Assembly (NCBI GenBank): GCA_041640575.1
Contig: JBEPZZ010000004.1
Location: 1 to 64,000, forward strand
DNA length: 64,000 nt
Source: Pseudothermotoga sp.
GTDB taxonomy: Bacteria; Thermotogota; Thermotogae; Thermotogales; DSM-5069
Reading direction: 5' to 3'
Both the position numbers and the translations under genes were made by a program. Below are positions 21,269 through 31,715 of the stretch, one piece after another. Every line of letters starts with the position of its first letter. Position 1 is the stretch's first letter. The notes beneath the pieces are model-generated. The model was not told where the DNA came from. It searched no databases and worked only from the letters and a program-made list of their open reading frames with translations.

Positions 21269-23929
21269 GTGAAACTTCTCGATTTGGTCGCTGAATTCTT
21301 TGAAAACGGTTATGAATCAGGGGCAATGTCCAAGGTGGCTGAGGATATTCGTCAGCTGTGTCAGGCAGAAAGCTGCGACATTTTTTTCTTTGAATATAGA
21401 AAAGAGAACCTTAGACTTGTTGGAACGACACGAGACAAATCTCTGGTTGGAGTTACAAAGTTAGAACCGAAAGATCTTAATGTTGAACAAAACACGTACG
21501 TGTTTGATCTGAAACATAACAACAAATTCCTTGGAATCGTTGCGTTAACAAAACCAAGAAAACTGGAAGGAATCGAAAAGCTAATCGAAGAACTTTCCTT
21601 TTCGCTTGAATGGTTGCAAAGGTATGTTCAAATCTATGACGATTTTGAACGCTACAAGAACATGAGTTACCTTACCGAACTTTTCTATGATTGTAACGAG
21701 CTGCAGCAACTTAAGGAAGAATTCGTGAAAGGTATTTCGCATGTTTTAAAAGCTGAGGTTGTAATGCTCTTTGAAAAAGTTGATGATCACTATGTGTTTT
21801 CTTCTGGTCACGGTGTTGATAAAAGTCAACTATTATCGGATAGGATATCCTCCACAAATCCACTTTTAGGAAAACTTCAGAAAAATCAGAGTGGTATACT
21901 TCAGATTAAACCAAAACTTGATTTTGTAAATCTGGAATGCAAATCGTTAATCGCCGTTCCTGTTATTTTGTCGGACCAAGTTTTTGCTGCACTAATTGCC
22001 ATCAACAAAATTCAACCAAAAGGATACAGATCAAATCACAGCTTTGACAAGACGGATTTAGCAATATTGTCTGAGGCAGCACGAAGGTTTTCTCTTGCGT
22101 ATACAAGATTGATCTACCATCATGATTTGAAAAAACAAATCGAAACACTCACCAAATACACTAAAGATTATGAAAAACTCATTGAAGAACAAAGAATTTA
22201 CCTCAAAAAAATGGATTTGGTTCATGCCATAAGTAATGCTATGCGTTCCAGTTACGATTTGAACAATGTTTACAAGATTCTATTGCTTGGCTTGACTTCT
22301 GGTAGAACACTTGGGTTTAACAGAGCCATGCTGCTGATAAGAAACAGAAAGATCGACGCCCTCGAAGGAAAGATTTGGTTAGGACCATCGGAAACCGATA
22401 ATGTTGAACAAATCTGGAAAGAAGCTGAACGGCGAGCAATGAGTTACGGCGATTTATCTCAATATCTAAGGGAAGAAGCAATGATGCTAGATACAAGCAA
22501 AGGACTAACTGATAAAGTTTCGAACAAAATTTTTTACTATAAGGAACATCCGATCTTTGAAAGAGCAGTTTTAAGAAGAAAGTTGATACACATTACCCCT
22601 GAACTTGCTCACACTTTGAAGGATATGATAAAAGACCTGTTAAGACTCCTGGATGTAGACGAATTTATCGTTGTACCTTTGATAGGAAAATGGGATACAA
22701 TAGGCGTTTTGATACTTGACAATAAATTCACCAGAGCACCAGTTTCGCAGACAGATATTGAAATACTAAAACTCATAGCCGACAGTGCAGGACTAGCCAT
22801 AGAAAATGCTATGAATTATGAAGAACTGAGAAAGAAAACGGAAAGTTTAGAGCAACAAAAGAACATGATAGATTATCTTCGCAAATTCAGTGAAAGCATC
22901 CTTCAAAATCTGAGTACAGCCATAGTTGTTTTGGACAAGGCTGGAAAGATAATCGAAGCTAACAAGAAAGTGGAATCTGTCCTTGGACTACCGAGGGAAA
23001 CCGCTATTGGACGCAACTATGATGAGTTTGGAATTGCTTATCAGGATCTCTTTGGCGTAGGAATGAAGGTTTTCGAAACAGGAGAAAGCATTTCGCTTTC
23101 AAAGTACATGATTGAAACATCCAGTGGGGAGAAGTACTTTGATGTAAAGTATTCGCCACTTTGGGACAGCTCTGGAGAAACTCTGATGGGCGTCATAGTG
23201 ACACTAGACGATGTAACTGAACAGTACAGAGCAGAACAGGAAAGAAAGAATAAGGAAAAGCTTATCCTGCTTGGTGAGGTTGCTGCGCGTGTCGCGCATG
23301 AATTGAGAAATCCTATAACCGTCTTGGGAGGATTTCTGAACAGGCTTAAGAAAAACATATCTGATCCTGCTGCGCGCGAAAAATATTTAGAAATACTGAG
23401 CAGAGAAATTGATAGCCTGCAGACCATTGTTAACGAGATACTCGATTTCAGTAAAGCTTCGGTAAAGATAGATCGTATAAAATTTCAGTTAAATGAACTC
23501 ATCAATGAAGTTATAATTCTGATGGCTGAAAAAACGTCTAAAAAAGGAATAGCAATGGAGTTTTATCCTTCGCCAACTCCTGAAATTTTTGCTGATAGAA
23601 ATAGGATAAAAAGAGTGCTGATAAATCTTATACAAAACGCAATTGAGGCCTGTCCAGAAAACGGAAAGATTATCGTAAAAACTGCTTACGAACAGGATAA
23701 AATTGTGACGTCGGTTTTTAACACCGGCGAACCAATAAAGGACGATGTTGCAAGAAAGCTTTTCACTCCATTTTTCACAACGAAAACCTACGGCACAGGA
23801 CTTGGTTTACCAATATGCAAGAAGATTATTGAGGATGAGCATGGAGGAAAAATCTGGGTTGAACCCAGGTTGAATGGTACAGAGTTCTTCTTCGAACTGC
23901 CAATGGAAGGAGAGGGTAACAATGGTTAA
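21269..23929 (+). CDS. Cytoplasmic sensor histidine kinase (multiple GAF-like domains, PAS, HisKA, HATPase)
   Basis: VAHELRNP H-box, NLIQNAIEA, PFFTTK, GTGLGL. No TM segment. Start moved to GTG 21269 after AGGAGG. Confidence 0.92.
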   Translation: MKLLDLVAEFFENGYESGAMSKVAEDIRQLCQAESCDIFFFEYRKENLRLVGTTRDKSLVGVTKLEPKDLNVEQNTYVFDLKHNNKFLGIVALTKPRKLEGIEKLIEELSFSLEWLQRYVQIYDDFERYKNMSYLTELFYDCNELQQLKEEFVKGISHVLKAEVVMLFEKVDDHYVFSSGHGVDKSQLLSDRISSTNPLLGKLQKNQSGILQIKPKLDFVNLECKSLIAVPVILSDQVFAALIAINKIQPKGYRSNHSFDKTDLAILSEAARRFSLAYTRLIYHHDLKKQIETLTKYTKDYEKLIEEQRIYLKKMDLVHAISNAMRSSYDLNNVYKILLLGLTSGRTLGFNRAMLLIRNRKIDALEGKIWLGPSETDNVEQIWKEAERRAMSYGDLSQYLREEAMMLDTSKGLTDKVSNKIFYYKEHPIFERAVLRRKLIHITPELAHTLKDMIKDLLRLLDVDEFIVVPLIGKWDTIGVLILDNKFTRAPVSQTDIEILKLIADSAGLAIENAMNYEELRKKTESLEQQKNMIDYLRKFSESILQNLSTAIVVLDKAGKIIEANKKVESVLGLPRETAIGRNYDEFGIAYQDLFGVGMKVFETGESISLSKYMIETSSGEKYFDVKYSPLWDSSGETLMGVIVTLDDVTEQYRAEQERKNKEKLILLGEVAARVAHELRNPITVLGGFLNRLKKNISDPAAREKYLEILSREIDSLQTIVNEILDFSKASVKIDRIKFQLNELINEVIILMAEKTSKKGIAMEFYPSPTPEIFADRNRIKRVLINLIQNAIEACPENGKIIVKTAYEQDKIVTSVFNTGEPIKDDVARKLFTPFFTTKTYGTGLGLPICKKIIEDEHGGKIWVEPRLNGTEFFFELPMEGEGNNG

Positions 23930-24284
23930 GCAAGCTCGTATCCTAGTTGTTGAAGATGAAGAAAACGTCAGATTGCTCATAAGCGAAGAACTTCAAGACT
24001 CAGGCTACATCGTTGAAACTGCGGCTAATGCGGAAGAAGCCTTGAAAAAGTTAGACAAAAACCGTTTCGACTTAGCAACAATTGATGTCGAGATGCCTGG
24101 TATGAACGGCATAGAGCTAGCTGGTTTGCTAAGGCAAAAGTTTCCTGGTATAAAAATAGTTTTGTTGACGGCATATAGTCACTACAAGTATGACCTTGCC
24201 TCCTGGGCTGCCGATGCCTATATAGTGAAATCGGCAGATTTGGAGGAACTCAAAAGAACCATAGCTAAACTCATGAGTATGTGA
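23922..24284 (+). CDS. Single-domain response regulator receiver
   Basis: VVEDE, DVEMPGMNG, LTA, YIVK. No output domain. Confidence 0.92.
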   Translation: MVKQARILVVEDEENVRLLISEELQDSGYIVETAANAEEALKKLDKNRFDLATIDVEMPGMNGIELAGLLRQKFPGIKIVLLTAYSHYKYDLASWAADAYIVKSADLEELKRTIAKLMSM

Positions 24285-24296
24285 GGAGGTATTAAC

Positions 24297-27029
24297 TTGG
24301 AGTACAAAGACACACTCAACTTACCAAGTACAGATTTTCCTATGCGTGGAAATTTGGTAGAGAAAGAACCGAAAATTTTGGAGAAGTGGCGGAAACTTGG
24401 TGTATATAACTACATACTTAAGCAAAGGGAGAACCGTCCAGCTTTCATTTTGCACGATGGACCACCGTATGCAAACGGTGCGATACATATAGGCACAGCT
24501 ATGAACAAGATTCTGAAAGATATCGTCGTGAAATACAAAACTTTTCAAGGTTACAGATCTCCATACATCCCAGGATGGGACACACATGGTTTACCAATTG
24601 AACACAAAGTTACTACAGCGCTTGGCGAAAAAGTGAAATCAATGACACCGATAGAGATTAGGAAAGCTTGCGAGGAATTCGCTTTGTCTCAGATTGAGAT
24701 GCAAAAAAGGCAGTTTGAGAGACTTGGTGTTATAGGAGATTGGGAAAACTACTATGCCACATTGACTCATGAATACGAATACAAGATTTACGAAGTTTTT
24801 GAAAAACTTGTCGAGGACGGTTATGTATATAGAACCAAAAAACCTGTCCTGTGGTGTATGCATTGTCAAACCGCATTAGCTCAAGCTGAAATTGAATATT
24901 ATGATCATTCTTCTCCTTCCATCTACGTGAAATTCAAGATGAAGGATTCTAGCGAATACATAATTGTGTGGACCACAACACCTTGGACTTTACCAGGAAA
25001 CACTGGCATCGCGGTTCATCCTGAACACAACTACGTCAGGGTAAAAGTTGGGAACGAAGTTTGGATTGTTGCAGAAAAGTTACTAAACAACATGATGAAT
25101 ACCTTAGAGATAGAAGAATATGAGATTCTGGAAAAATTCAGTGGAAAGCAACTCAATGGTAAGCTCGCTATTCATCCACTTTACGAAAGAATTTCACGCA
25201 TAATTGTCGCCGAGTATGTTGATATGGAAACTGGAACTGGTTGTGTGCATATCGCACCTGGCCATGGAGAGGAAGATTATGAATATGGCTATCTGATTCA
25301 CGGATTAGATTTACTCTCACCAGTTGATGAAACAGGTCATTTCACAAAAGAAGCAGGCAAGTACGCTGGAATGAACATCATCAAAGCCAATGATGTGATT
25401 ATAGAAGATCTGAGAAGGAATGGAGCATTGCTGAAATCCTCTGAGATATCTCATTCCTATCCACATTGCTGGCGGTGCAAGAAACCCGTAATATTCAGAG
25501 CAACAGAACAGTGGTTCATTTCTATCGACAAAAATAGCCTGAGAAAAAAGATTATGGAACAGATTGAAAAGGTCAAATGGGTACCTGAGTGGGGAAAGAA
25601 TCGAATCAGCGCTATGATTGAAGAACGTCCAGATTGGTGTATCTCCCGCCAAAGAGTCTGGGGCGTGCCAATACCAGCTTTCAGGTGTAACGATTGTAGT
25701 TATGTTGCTTTGACGCCGCAAACTATAAGGCATTTTGCAGAAATTGTCAAACACAAAGGAACTAATGCCTGGTTTGAGATGGATGTTAAAGACCTTGTCC
25801 CAAATGACTTTGTCTGCCCCAACTGTGGATCGAAGAATCTTTCAAAAACGCTTGATACTTTGGATGTCTGGATAGATTCTGGGGCATCTTTCGAAGCCGT
25901 TTTGAATAATAGACCCGATCTTTCCTTTCCTTCAGACATGTATCTTGAAGGAAGTGATCAACACCGTGGTTGGTTCAATTCATCAATCGTTTTATCTGTC
26001 ATCAAGCATGGTATAGCTCCGTACAAAATTGTGTTGACACACGGATTCATAAAGGATGAAGAAGGAAGAAGAATGAGTAAATCTCTGGGTAATATAGTCG
26101 ATCCCTTGGAGGTTTGCTCAAAATATGGCGCCGATGTCCTAAGATTGTGGCTCGCGAGCAGTGACTACTTTAACGACATAAGGATCTCTCAAAAAATCAT
26201 ATTGCAGCAGGTAGAAGTTTACAAAAAGCTGAGAAACACTATCAGATATCTGCTTGCGAACCTGAATGACTTTTCTGAATCACAAAGAGTACCATATGAA
26301 AAACTTTTACCAATTGATAAGTGGGCGCTTGGAAGATTACAGCAAATAATAAAATCTGTAACGGAAGCCTATGAAGACTTCGAATTTTCGCGAGCTTATA
26401 ACATATTGGTGAAATACTGTTCAGTGGAACTGAGCTCCGTATATCTTGATATAATTAAAGATAGGTTATACGTAGAGGGTAAAAATTCATTGAAGAGGAA
26501 ATCAGCTCAAGCAGTTCTCTACGATATCCTGCAATCAACTTTAATCATGCTGGCTCCAATTTTGTCCTTTACTTGCGAGGAAGCTTATGAACATTTTAGC
26601 GGAAAGCGGTATCAAACGATCTTTGCCGAAACGTGGCCAAAATATCGTCAGGAATATGTGGATGAGCAACTGCTGGCGGAATTTGATAAACTGTTAGAGG
26701 TCAGAGAAATTGTCCTAAAGAAACTTGAAGAAGCAAGGCAAAGCGGTTTGATTGGTCATTCACTCGATGCGAAAGTTTTAATAAAAACTTCCTCAAGAGA
26801 ATACTTTGAAGTGTTAGAAAAATATTCCCGACAACTTGAAGAGTTCCTTATCGTTTCGCAGGTACATTTTGACAAGAACGCAGATGAGTCAATTATTGAA
26901 GTCAAGGTCGATAAAGCTGACGGGCAGAAATGTGAAAGATGCTGGAAATATCATCCACTCACTGGCGTCAATCCAAACTTCCCTGGTGCTTGTCCGCGAT
27001 GTGTCGAAGTTCTAAGTTCGGGAGAATGA
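24297..27029 (+). CDS. ileS: Isoleucine--tRNA ligase
   Basis: [27 protein letters not shown]-terminal CERC Zn finger. Confidence 0.98.
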   Translation: MEYKDTLNLPSTDFPMRGNLVEKEPKILEKWRKLGVYNYILKQRENRPAFILHDGPPYANGAIHIGTAMNKILKDIVVKYKTFQGYRSPYIPGWDTHGLPIEHKVTTALGEKVKSMTPIEIRKACEEFALSQIEMQKRQFERLGVIGDWENYYATLTHEYEYKIYEVFEKLVEDGYVYRTKKPVLWCMHCQTALAQAEIEYYDHSSPSIYVKFKMKDSSEYIIVWTTTPWTLPGNTGIAVHPEHNYVRVKVGNEVWIVAEKLLNNMMNTLEIEEYEILEKFSGKQLNGKLAIHPLYERISRIIVAEYVDMETGTGCVHIAPGHGEEDYEYGYLIHGLDLLSPVDETGHFTKEAGKYAGMNIIKANDVIIEDLRRNGALLKSSEISHSYPHCWRCKKPVIFRATEQWFISIDKNSLRKKIMEQIEKVKWVPEWGKNRISAMIEERPDWCISRQRVWGVPIPAFRCNDCSYVALTPQTIRHFAEIVKHKGTNAWFEMDVKDLVPNDFVCPNCGSKNLSKTLDTLDVWIDSGASFEAVLNNRPDLSFPSDMYLEGSDQHRGWFNSSIVLSVIKHGIAPYKIVLTHGFIKDEEGRRMSKSLGNIVDPLEVCSKYGADVLRLWLASSDYFNDIRISQKIILQQVEVYKKLRNTIRYLLANLNDFSESQRVPYEKLLPIDKWALGRLQQIIKSVTEAYEDFEFSRAYNILVKYCSVELSSVYLDIIKDRLYVEGKNSLKRKSAQAVLYDILQSTLIMLAPILSFTCEEAYEHFSGKRYQTIFAETWPKYRQEYVDEQLLAEFDKLLEVREIVLKKLEEARQSGLIGHSLDAKVLIKTSSREYFEVLEKYSRQLEEFLIVSQVHFDKNADESIIEVKVDKADGQKCERCWKYHPLTGVNPNFPGACPRCVEVLSSGE

Positions 27030-27033
27030 TAAT

Positions 27034-28092
27034 ATGATAGACATTTTTGCTCTGATAGCCGATGCCTTTTCGAAGAAGGCATCGGATGTTCATCTTTCAG
27101 CTGGGTGTAACCCAATATATCGAATAAACGGGCTTCTTGAACTGCAGAAGAATTTTCCAGTAATTACTGAAGGAGATCTTTTAGAAAGCATTGAAAGGCT
27201 CTTCGAGAAAATTGATTTCCATGCTTTTGATAACAAGAAGGAAACAGACTTTGCGTTTGATGTCGGTGATGAAATCAGGGTACGTGGAAATTTGTATTTC
27301 GAGCGAAGGAAACCAGCTTTGGCTCTGCGATTGATAACTAGGAAAATCCGTACTTTTGATGAACTGGGCTTGCCACAAATACTTAAAGAACTCACTGAAC
27401 GTGACTCAGGTTTAGTATTGGTCGCTGGACCAACGGGAAGTGGCAAATCAACAACTTTGGCCGCGATGATTGACCACATAAATTCCAATTTCCCGTATCA
27501 CATAATCACTATAGAAGATCCGATTGAGTACGTTTTTACAAATAAAAAATCCATTGTGCACCAAAGAGAATTAGGGCAGGATACAAAAAGCTTTTACGAT
27601 GGTCTGAAATACGCTCTTAGACAAGACCCAGACGTCATACTCGTTGGAGAAATGAGGGATCTTGAAACGATGGCTTTAGCTTTGACAGCTGCCGAAACGG
27701 GACATTTAGTCTTCAGTACCATTCATACAAACAGTGCCGCATCGGTCCCAGAAAGGGTAATTGATGTTTTCCCTGCTAGTCAGCAAAAGCAAATCGCTTT
27801 GCAACTCGCAAATACCCTGGTTGGTGTCATATATCAAAGGCTTTTGAGACGAGCTGATGGAAAAGGCATGGTACCTGTGCTGGAAATTCTTGTTGGTACT
27901 CCTGCGGTAAAGAACTTGATACGTGAAAACAAACTGCATCAGATAGAATCAATAATGCAGACAAGCGCTAAGCAGGGGATGGTTCTGTTCGATGATGCCT
28001 TGTTTAAGGCTTATGTCAGTGGGCTTATTGACAAAACACAAGTTTACGAATACACTAGAAATCCTGAAGAAATGAGGAGGAAGATAGGATAG
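27034..28092 (+). CDS. pilT: Type IV pilus retraction ATPase PilT
   Basis: GPTGSGKSTT, TIEDPIE, LRQDPD, AETGHLV, AVKNLIRE. Confidence 0.92.
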   Translation: MIDIFALIADAFSKKASDVHLSAGCNPIYRINGLLELQKNFPVITEGDLLESIERLFEKIDFHAFDNKKETDFAFDVGDEIRVRGNLYFERRKPALALRLITRKIRTFDELGLPQILKELTERDSGLVLVAGPTGSGKSTTLAAMIDHINSNFPYHIITIEDPIEYVFTNKKSIVHQRELGQDTKSFYDGLKYALRQDPDVILVGEMRDLETMALALTAAETGHLVFSTIHTNSAASVPERVIDVFPASQQKQIALQLANTLVGVIYQRLLRRADGKGMVPVLEILVGTPAVKNLIRENKLHQIESIMQTSAKQGMVLFDDALFKAYVSGLIDKTQVYEYTRNPEEMRRKIG

Positions 28093-28093
28093 A

Positions 28094-29152
28094 ATGATCG
28101 AAGTTGTTGAAACCGTTGTATCGGAATTGAGAGAAAAGCTTGGGAAAATAGAAACTCAACTGAGTGACCCAAATCTCACAGCTGACCAAATAAGAGAGCT
28201 TTCTGTGGAATACTCAAGGATAAGAGAAATCCTTCAAACTTACGAGGAACTTAAAAACTGTGAAGAGGAAATTGAATTTTGGGAGCAAGCGATAAATGAA
28301 GATCCCACGCTCGAAGAAGAAGTAAATAAAGCAAAAATGCGCTATGAAAAAACTCTTTCACAGCTTATATCCTTGCTGTTGCCTACAGAGGACCATACCA
28401 ATGTGATAATGGAGATTCGCGCTGGAACCGGTGGCGAAGAAGCGGCTCTCTTTGCGGCTGATCTATTTAGAATGTATAGCCGATATGCTGAACGAAAAGG
28501 TTGGAAGGTTGAACTTCTTGATTTTCACGACACAGGCCTAGGTGGGTTCAAGGAAATTGTATTTTCTATAACTGGTCAATCAGCATATAAAATCCTACGT
28601 CTTGAAAGTGGTGTTCACAGAGTTCAAAGGGTTCCTGTGACCGAATCTTCAGGAAGGATACACACCTCAACAGCAACAGTAGCTGTCCTTCCGGAGGTCA
28701 GTGAAGTAGAAGTGGTCATAGATCCTAAGGATATCAAAATGGAAACTTGCAAAGCATCTGGTCACGGTGGTCAGTATGTTAACAAAACCGAATCTGCAGT
28801 CAGAATAACTCACATTCCAACGGGAATAACTGTGGCTTGCCAGTCAGAAAGATCACAGCATCAAAACCGAGAGCGAGCTTTAGCAATCCTTCGTTCAAAA
28901 CTGTACGAGATTAAGCTACTAGAAGTAAGCAGTGAAATTTCTCAACAAAGAAAGAATCAGATTGGAACCGCCGAGAGAAGTGAAAAGATTAGAACATACA
29001 ACTTCCCACAAAATCGAGTTACGGATCACAGAATTAATTACACAACTTACCGACTCCAAGAAGTACTAGACGGTGATCTGGACGAACTTATAACCAAACT
29101 GCTGGAAAACGAACTTGTCCAGCAAATGAAGCACAAGATCAAATCAGCTTAA
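28094..29152 (+). CDS. prfA: Peptide chain release factor 1
   Basis: GTGGEEA, HRVQRVPVT (PxT specificity motif), GGQ. Confidence 0.96.
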   Translation: MIEVVETVVSELREKLGKIETQLSDPNLTADQIRELSVEYSRIREILQTYEELKNCEEEIEFWEQAINEDPTLEEEVNKAKMRYEKTLSQLISLLLPTEDHTNVIMEIRAGTGGEEAALFAADLFRMYSRYAERKGWKVELLDFHDTGLGGFKEIVFSITGQSAYKILRLESGVHRVQRVPVTESSGRIHTSTATVAVLPEVSEVEVVIDPKDIKMETCKASGHGGQYVNKTESAVRITHIPTGITVACQSERSQHQNRERALAILRSKLYEIKLLEVSSEISQQRKNQIGTAERSEKIRTYNFPQNRVTDHRINYTTYRLQEVLDGDLDELITKLLENELVQQMKHKIKSA

Positions 29153-29415
29153 CGGCTATAAGTTTGTTTCGCAAGATTCTGATAAATCATGTTTACCAGC
29201 GGTTTGAGGTTTTCTCTAGCAGCCACTTTTGAATACTCGTAAAAGAGCATTTCCTTGAACCATTTTTCGCCAGAACTTTCCGGCAGAAGGTTGGACTTTG
29301 GAATGGAATGGTACATTTTTTTGAAAACATCATAGAAAATCGTCCCGACAAATTCAGTGCAAGCATCCCAAAGTCTGTCGTTACTTGATCTCAGGCTCGT
29401 AATTGAATAAAGCAT
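29149..29415 (-). CDS. flgJ: Short FlgJ-type rod-binding protein (no muramidase domain)
   Basis: 'L.DAC.EF...F...VFK.M...IP' pattern, last gene after flgI. Confidence 0.7.
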   Translation of the reverse strand: MLYSITSLRSSNDRLWDACTEFVGTIFYDVFKKMYHSIPKSNLLPESSGEKWFKEMLFYEYSKVAARENLKPLVNMIYQNLAKQTYSR

Positions 29416-29416
29416 C

Positions 29417-30412
29417 TCACATCACCACCAGATCAGCCAACAATACCCCTGCTTTATGCATGGTCTGTAGAATCGCAACTATATCCTGAGGAGATGCACC
29501 CAAACTTTTCAAAGCGTTTATCAAATTACCAACAGTTGCTTCAGCTTCTTTGTCGGACAAAACTTTCCCATTTTTGACTGTTATGTTGAAAACACCATAG
29601 GAGAGCGTGAAATCCAAAATTTTGACATTTCCACCAAAGACAACGGTACCGGTTCGTTCGTTAACAACAACCCTCGCGGGTAGATCAACCATTACCTCGA
29701 TTTCCTCTAAAAGAGAAAGAAAAGTGACAACATCATCTTCAAACGCTGATGGAATTTCAACTCTTACACTTGCTCCGTCGACTGCTTTTGAAATCCTCCT
29801 TGCAAAAGTTCTGTTGATAGCTTCTGCAACTCTTGCAGCAGTCGTAAAATCTGGCCTTGATATCAGTATTGTCACAGTATTTGATTCAACAAATTCGAAT
29901 GGGATTTCTCTCTCAATTATTGCACCATTTGGTATGTAACCAACTATTCTGTTCTTCGTTTGCAAGTTTGCAGAAACCTTTACATTTGTACCACCTATGC
30001 TTACGTTTCCTTGAGCCACCGCGTAAACATTTCCATCAGCCCCATAAAGTGGAGTTTGAATAAGCACACCACCTTCTAGTGATTTAGCATCTCCAATTGA
30101 AGCAACAACTACATCAAGCCTCATTCCTTCCTTGTAAAAAGGAGGAATGTCTGCTACAACCATGACTATTGCTGCATTTCTTGCCTTAAGATCGTTTTGA
30201 CTGATCGTAACGTTGAAAGCTTTTATCATGTTGGCTAGAAGTCCAGAATTTACGTTTCCAGAATCACCTGTACCGTTCAAACCTACAACTAAACCTATAC
30301 CAAACAGCTGGTTATCCCTGGCTCCCCTAAAGGTGGCTATATCTTTTATTCGAGTCGTGCAAAGTGAAAATGTGGAGAGCAAAACCAAAAAAAACACAAG
30401 GTACTTTTTCAT
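29417..30412 (-). CDS. flgI: Flagellar P-ring protein
   Basis: RIKDI, NQLFGIGLVVGLNGTGD, SIGDAKSLEGG, VVVNERTGTVV. Confidence 0.96.
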   Translation of the reverse strand: MKKYLVFFLVLLSTFSLCTTRIKDIATFRGARDNQLFGIGLVVGLNGTGDSGNVNSGLLANMIKAFNVTISQNDLKARNAAIVMVVADIPPFYKEGMRLDVVVASIGDAKSLEGGVLIQTPLYGADGNVYAVAQGNVSIGGTNVKVSANLQTKNRIVGYIPNGAIIEREIPFEFVESNTVTILISRPDFTTAARVAEAINRTFARRISKAVDGASVRVEIPSAFEDDVVTFLSLLEEIEVMVDLPARVVVNERTGTVVFGGNVKILDFTLSYGVFNITVKNGKVLSDKEAEATVGNLINALKSLGASPQDIVAILQTMHKAGVLLADLVVM

Positions 30413-30422
30413 AACCGTCACC

Positions 30423-31016
30423 TCACAAGAAGAACCTTGCCAAAGCTGAAAGTATGTAGTCCAACCATGACTCTTCACCAGGTCTCTGACTGAATACAAG
30501 CTGTCCATTTATCCATATTTGGCTGTTCGCAAGTTTTGAAGATTCTATCATGTTTCTCCCATCTATATCTTCATACCTAGCTATTCCTCGAATAATAATT
30601 TCACTTAGTTGATCTCCTATTTTTATCTTTTTACTTCCTTCAAGAGTCAATTTGTTACCATCAACCGACACAACGACAGTAGAAACAGTGAAACTCACAT
30701 TACTACTAATCTTTGCGGAACGTTGTTGAGCTGTATTGTTGTTAATGGGTATGAATTGGGAAAAGTCGAACTGTGTAATACCTTTAATTGTACCTGTGAC
30801 AAAATTTACCAATGCTTTTGCTAAAGAATCATATTCGCTCGAAGAGCTCATGTTTGGTGCTTCTCTCACAACAACTGTAACTATATCTCCAACTTTGCTT
30901 GCCTTCTTATCAGCAAGTATATTCTTAAACGAACTGTTTGCCGAACTGTTCCAAAGCGACGTAGCATTTACTAAACAAGTTAAAAGTACCATCAATATGA
31001 TTAAAGATCTCTTCAT
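30423..31016 (-). CDS. flgH: Flagellar L-ring protein
   Basis: SLW, DKKASKVGDIVTVVV, 'N.IES.KLAN'. Located between flgA and flgI. Confidence 0.9.
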   Translation of the reverse strand: MKRSLIILMVLLTCLVNATSLWNSSANSSFKNILADKKASKVGDIVTVVVREAPNMSSSSEYDSLAKALVNFVTGTIKGITQFDFSQFIPINNNTAQQRSAKISSNVSFTVSTVVVSVDGNKLTLEGSKKIKIGDQLSEIIIRGIARYEDIDGRNMIESSKLANSQIWINGQLVFSQRPGEESWLDYILSALARFFL

Positions 31017-31020
31017 TTTC

Positions 31021-31701
31021 TCAACTCCCTGAAACATAAATCTTATAATCACGACCAAGTATTCCTTGAATTAGAAATCCTGTTGACAAATTTCGAGCCT
31101 TTACGACCTCTCCGAAGCGCGCATCTTGCATAACTCTTACCATTGCTGTTACAACAACTCCACCTATTTCTGCAACCGCCATCAAAACTTCTCCAGCTTT
31201 TACATCGGGCGGATATTGAACGTAAAAAAGATCTATTGGTTCATCTTCCCGAAACATCTTTTTGCTTATTTTGCCGACAATTTCATCGATATTTTCCACG
31301 AATTTTCCTTTCTTCCCGAAGACGTTCATTTCTACAATTTTCAGATCCTCTGGTCGAATGATCTGTCCGCTTTTTATTATTCTCTTCGCAACGACCACTT
31401 TCCTGTAGACAGCTACTTTTGCAAGAATTTGACCATATCTTAAAAAAGATCCATCTTTTGAAAGTCTCACAAGAAATCTTACATTATCCGAAGATACAAA
31501 ATGAGAAAGTATATCGAAGCTATCGGCATTTTCAAAACTGAATTTGATTTCAAATGAGGTTATTGTGATGGAATCTCCATGATGAGAAACCAGGTAATTT
31601 TGAACGGCTTCCTTGAGTGCAGTTTCAAAATCAAAAGCAAAAATTACTGTAGAAATAATAAAAATGAGAAGGACGAACAAAGTCGACCTTCTCATCACCA
31701 A
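31021..31701 (-). CDS. flgA: Flagellar P-ring formation chaperone
   Basis: SAF domain (VVVAKRIIKSGQII), 'VKAGE.L...G.VVKARN'. Operon context. Confidence 0.88.
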   Translation of the reverse strand: MVMRRSTLFVLLIFIISTVIFAFDFETALKEAVQNYLVSHHGDSITITSFEIKFSFENADSFDILSHFVSSDNVRFLVRLSKDGSFLRYGQILAKVAVYRKVVVAKRIIKSGQIIRPEDLKIVEMNVFGKKGKFVENIDEIVGKISKKMFREDEPIDLFYVQYPPDVKAGEVLMAVAEIGGVVVTAMVRVMQDARFGEVVKARNLSTGFLIQGILGRDYKIYVSGS

Positions 31702-31715
31702 TCACCCGTCAAAAA

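Noticed and set aside
24285..24296. T-box leaders upstream of ileS (also checked serS and proS)
   Set aside because: The gaps are too short (12 bp, 6 bp and ~120 bp shared with a divergent gene), and I saw no T-box motif.
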